Position numbers and translations under genes: made by a program. Under the pieces are notes generated by a model. It was not told where the DNA came from, did not search any database, and saw nothing but the letters and a program-made list of their open reading frames with translations. This document shows positions 62,570 to 64,000 of a DNA stretch of 64,000 nt, one piece after another (the stretch's first letter is position 1; the number at the start of each line of letters is the position of its first letter). This DNA is from Macrostomum lignano (taxonomy: Eukaryota): positions 3,241-67,240 of the forward strand of contig NIVC01003971.1 of NCBI GenBank assembly GCA_002269645.1. The letters are read 5' to 3'.

Positions 62570-64000
62570 TCAGGCCGCCCCAGTCGTCTGGCTGATGATA
62601 CTCGGCTGCTCCGCTCGGCGGTTCCCCCGAGCTGCGCCTTCGGCCTCGGCGCCACTCGAGTTGATGTGCACCAGGCTGCGAATGAAGCCGCTCAGGTCGG
62701 AGGCGCGGGAACGCGGCGACCCCGGAAATTTGGCGCCTCCGACGCCACCGCCGCGCCGCCGAAAGTGGCCCTGCGACTTCGCATGGAGTTCTCGGCCGGC
62801 TCGCCGACCACAATCCGCTGATCGCCCAGGCCGCGGTAGTCGATGCTGCAGCTGTAGCTGAACTTGGCCGAGCGCCGCTCCAGCAGCTGCTGCCGATCCG
62901 CTGGGCCGTCCGGCCGTCAACGCTGAAGCGGCGCAGGCTGCAGCCTGACACGAAGGTGTCCGGCAGGCTGAACTCAATCGACGCGGAGTCAGTCAGCGCC
63001 TCGCCGTCGGGAATCAGGTTCACCAGCGGAAGCGGAGGCTGCAGTCCAGCTGCTGGGCTCCGGACAGCCTGCTGTATGTGGGATGTGAAGAACCGCTTTT
63101 CACTTGTTTTTAATATCTAGGGAACAAGTTCCCGAAGCAGATTTCATTCTCAAGCTGATTTCAAACAGCACGCGTTTAACAATTTACTCCTTATCTTATA
63201 GGCTTGCATCTTCACTTTTACAGCCCTCATACATGTAATTGCTTATGATTATAGTTGGCTAGTAGTCATGCTGTGGTTTAGAAAAGTTCGACCAGATCGA
63301 TTCGCAACCAACCTCTCAGCTTGTCCGCGGGCAGCCGCTCGATAGCCAAACGAGGCCCCGGTGGCGTCGTGTGAGCAGAGCCGGCGCTGACCTTCAGCTC
63401 CACAGTTTGCGGCTCCGACTGCTGGGAGATCAGCTGCGGCCAGGCGCTCGAGCCGCGGCGAGGAGCCCGACGTGCCGGAGACGCGGGGCTCGACGACTTC
63501 AGCCGGAAGTGCCGCAGCCAGACCTCAGGCAGCGGCACTCGAATCTCAACTTCGCTCGCCACGGCCGCCGTTCGACGCCGGAGCGCCTCGCGCTGGCCTG
63601 TGAGGGCGCAGCGGATGTTCACCAGGTTGCCGTCGCGCAGGCGACAAATCTGCAGGCCAGGCGGAGCGGCGGCTCCAGCGCCAGTCCTCGTCGCGGCCGG
63701 AACCGTGCGACCCGGGCCGCCTCCAGACGGCACGGACGGCACCGGCTGAAAGCGGATGACGCGAGATTCCCGATATCTGCGGCCTCCACCCGGGCGTGCA
63801 GCTCCGCGTCCAGCACGCCGACCATTCGCCATCGTCGCCGCCGTCTGAGTCGATCGACGCTCGGCCTCTCGCGCCGCCTGTCGTTCAGCGCGAGCTCCAC
63901 GCAGCTCGGCGCATCGGACGGAGCGACAACAGCCAGAAAGAACAGCCGGGTGCGCCACTTGCGGTGCATCACCTGGCCTCGCGGTCGATCATGGCCTCGA
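62570..64000 (-). CDS. Stonin/stoned-B-like mu-homology domain (3' part of the gene; 5' end beyond the window), with multiple frameshifts
   Basis: Stonin MHD landmarks appear in order across alternating frames: VELALND, W..LDAELHARVE, ESRVIRFQP, ARFRP..LEPPLRL, VEIRVPLPEVWLRHFR, IERLPADK, then after an intron (~63316-63075) IEFSLPDTFVSGCSLRRFSV and SAKFSYSCSIDY. The 3' end is uncertain (62692 or 62570). Confidence 0.7.

Overview
Eukaryotic (animal) genomic DNA with GC-rich exons, GT-AG introns and roughly 30% tandem repeat. The style suggests a free-living flatworm such as Macrostomum, but that is inference only. Seven spliced protein genes were reconstructed by hand. On the minus strand: a divergent ionotropic glutamate receptor (4660->693, 3' end not resolved), a BAMBI-like TGF-beta pseudoreceptor (9841->8136), PTPDC1 (60653->56581) and the 3' part of a stonin/stoned-B-like gene (from the right edge to ~62570). 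On the plus strand: an Ig-Frizzled-Kringle receptor tyrosine kinase of the MuSK/Nrk/ROR group (21883-32943), a TESK/cdi kinase (36558-40244) and a large low-complexity orphan gene (~45433-54391). Mobile DNA includes a 5'-truncated RNase H-bearing LINE, two solo LTRs with 5-bp TSDs and a probable tRNA-derived SINE. One solo LTR sits inside a splice donor and duplicates it. About 30 different mini/microsatellite arrays fill most of the longer introns, each with its own unit, and many start within a few bases of a splice site. A ~6 kb AT-rich block (15.6-21.6 kb) has no such arrays. It contains a ~280-bp inverted-repeat-bounded segment carrying a 28S rRNA mimic in which the R2/Pokey/I-PpoI target core has been replaced. 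Several genes carry single-base frameshifts, which may be long-read assembly errors or real decay. Most long ORFs in the supplied track are artefacts of stop-free repeats.
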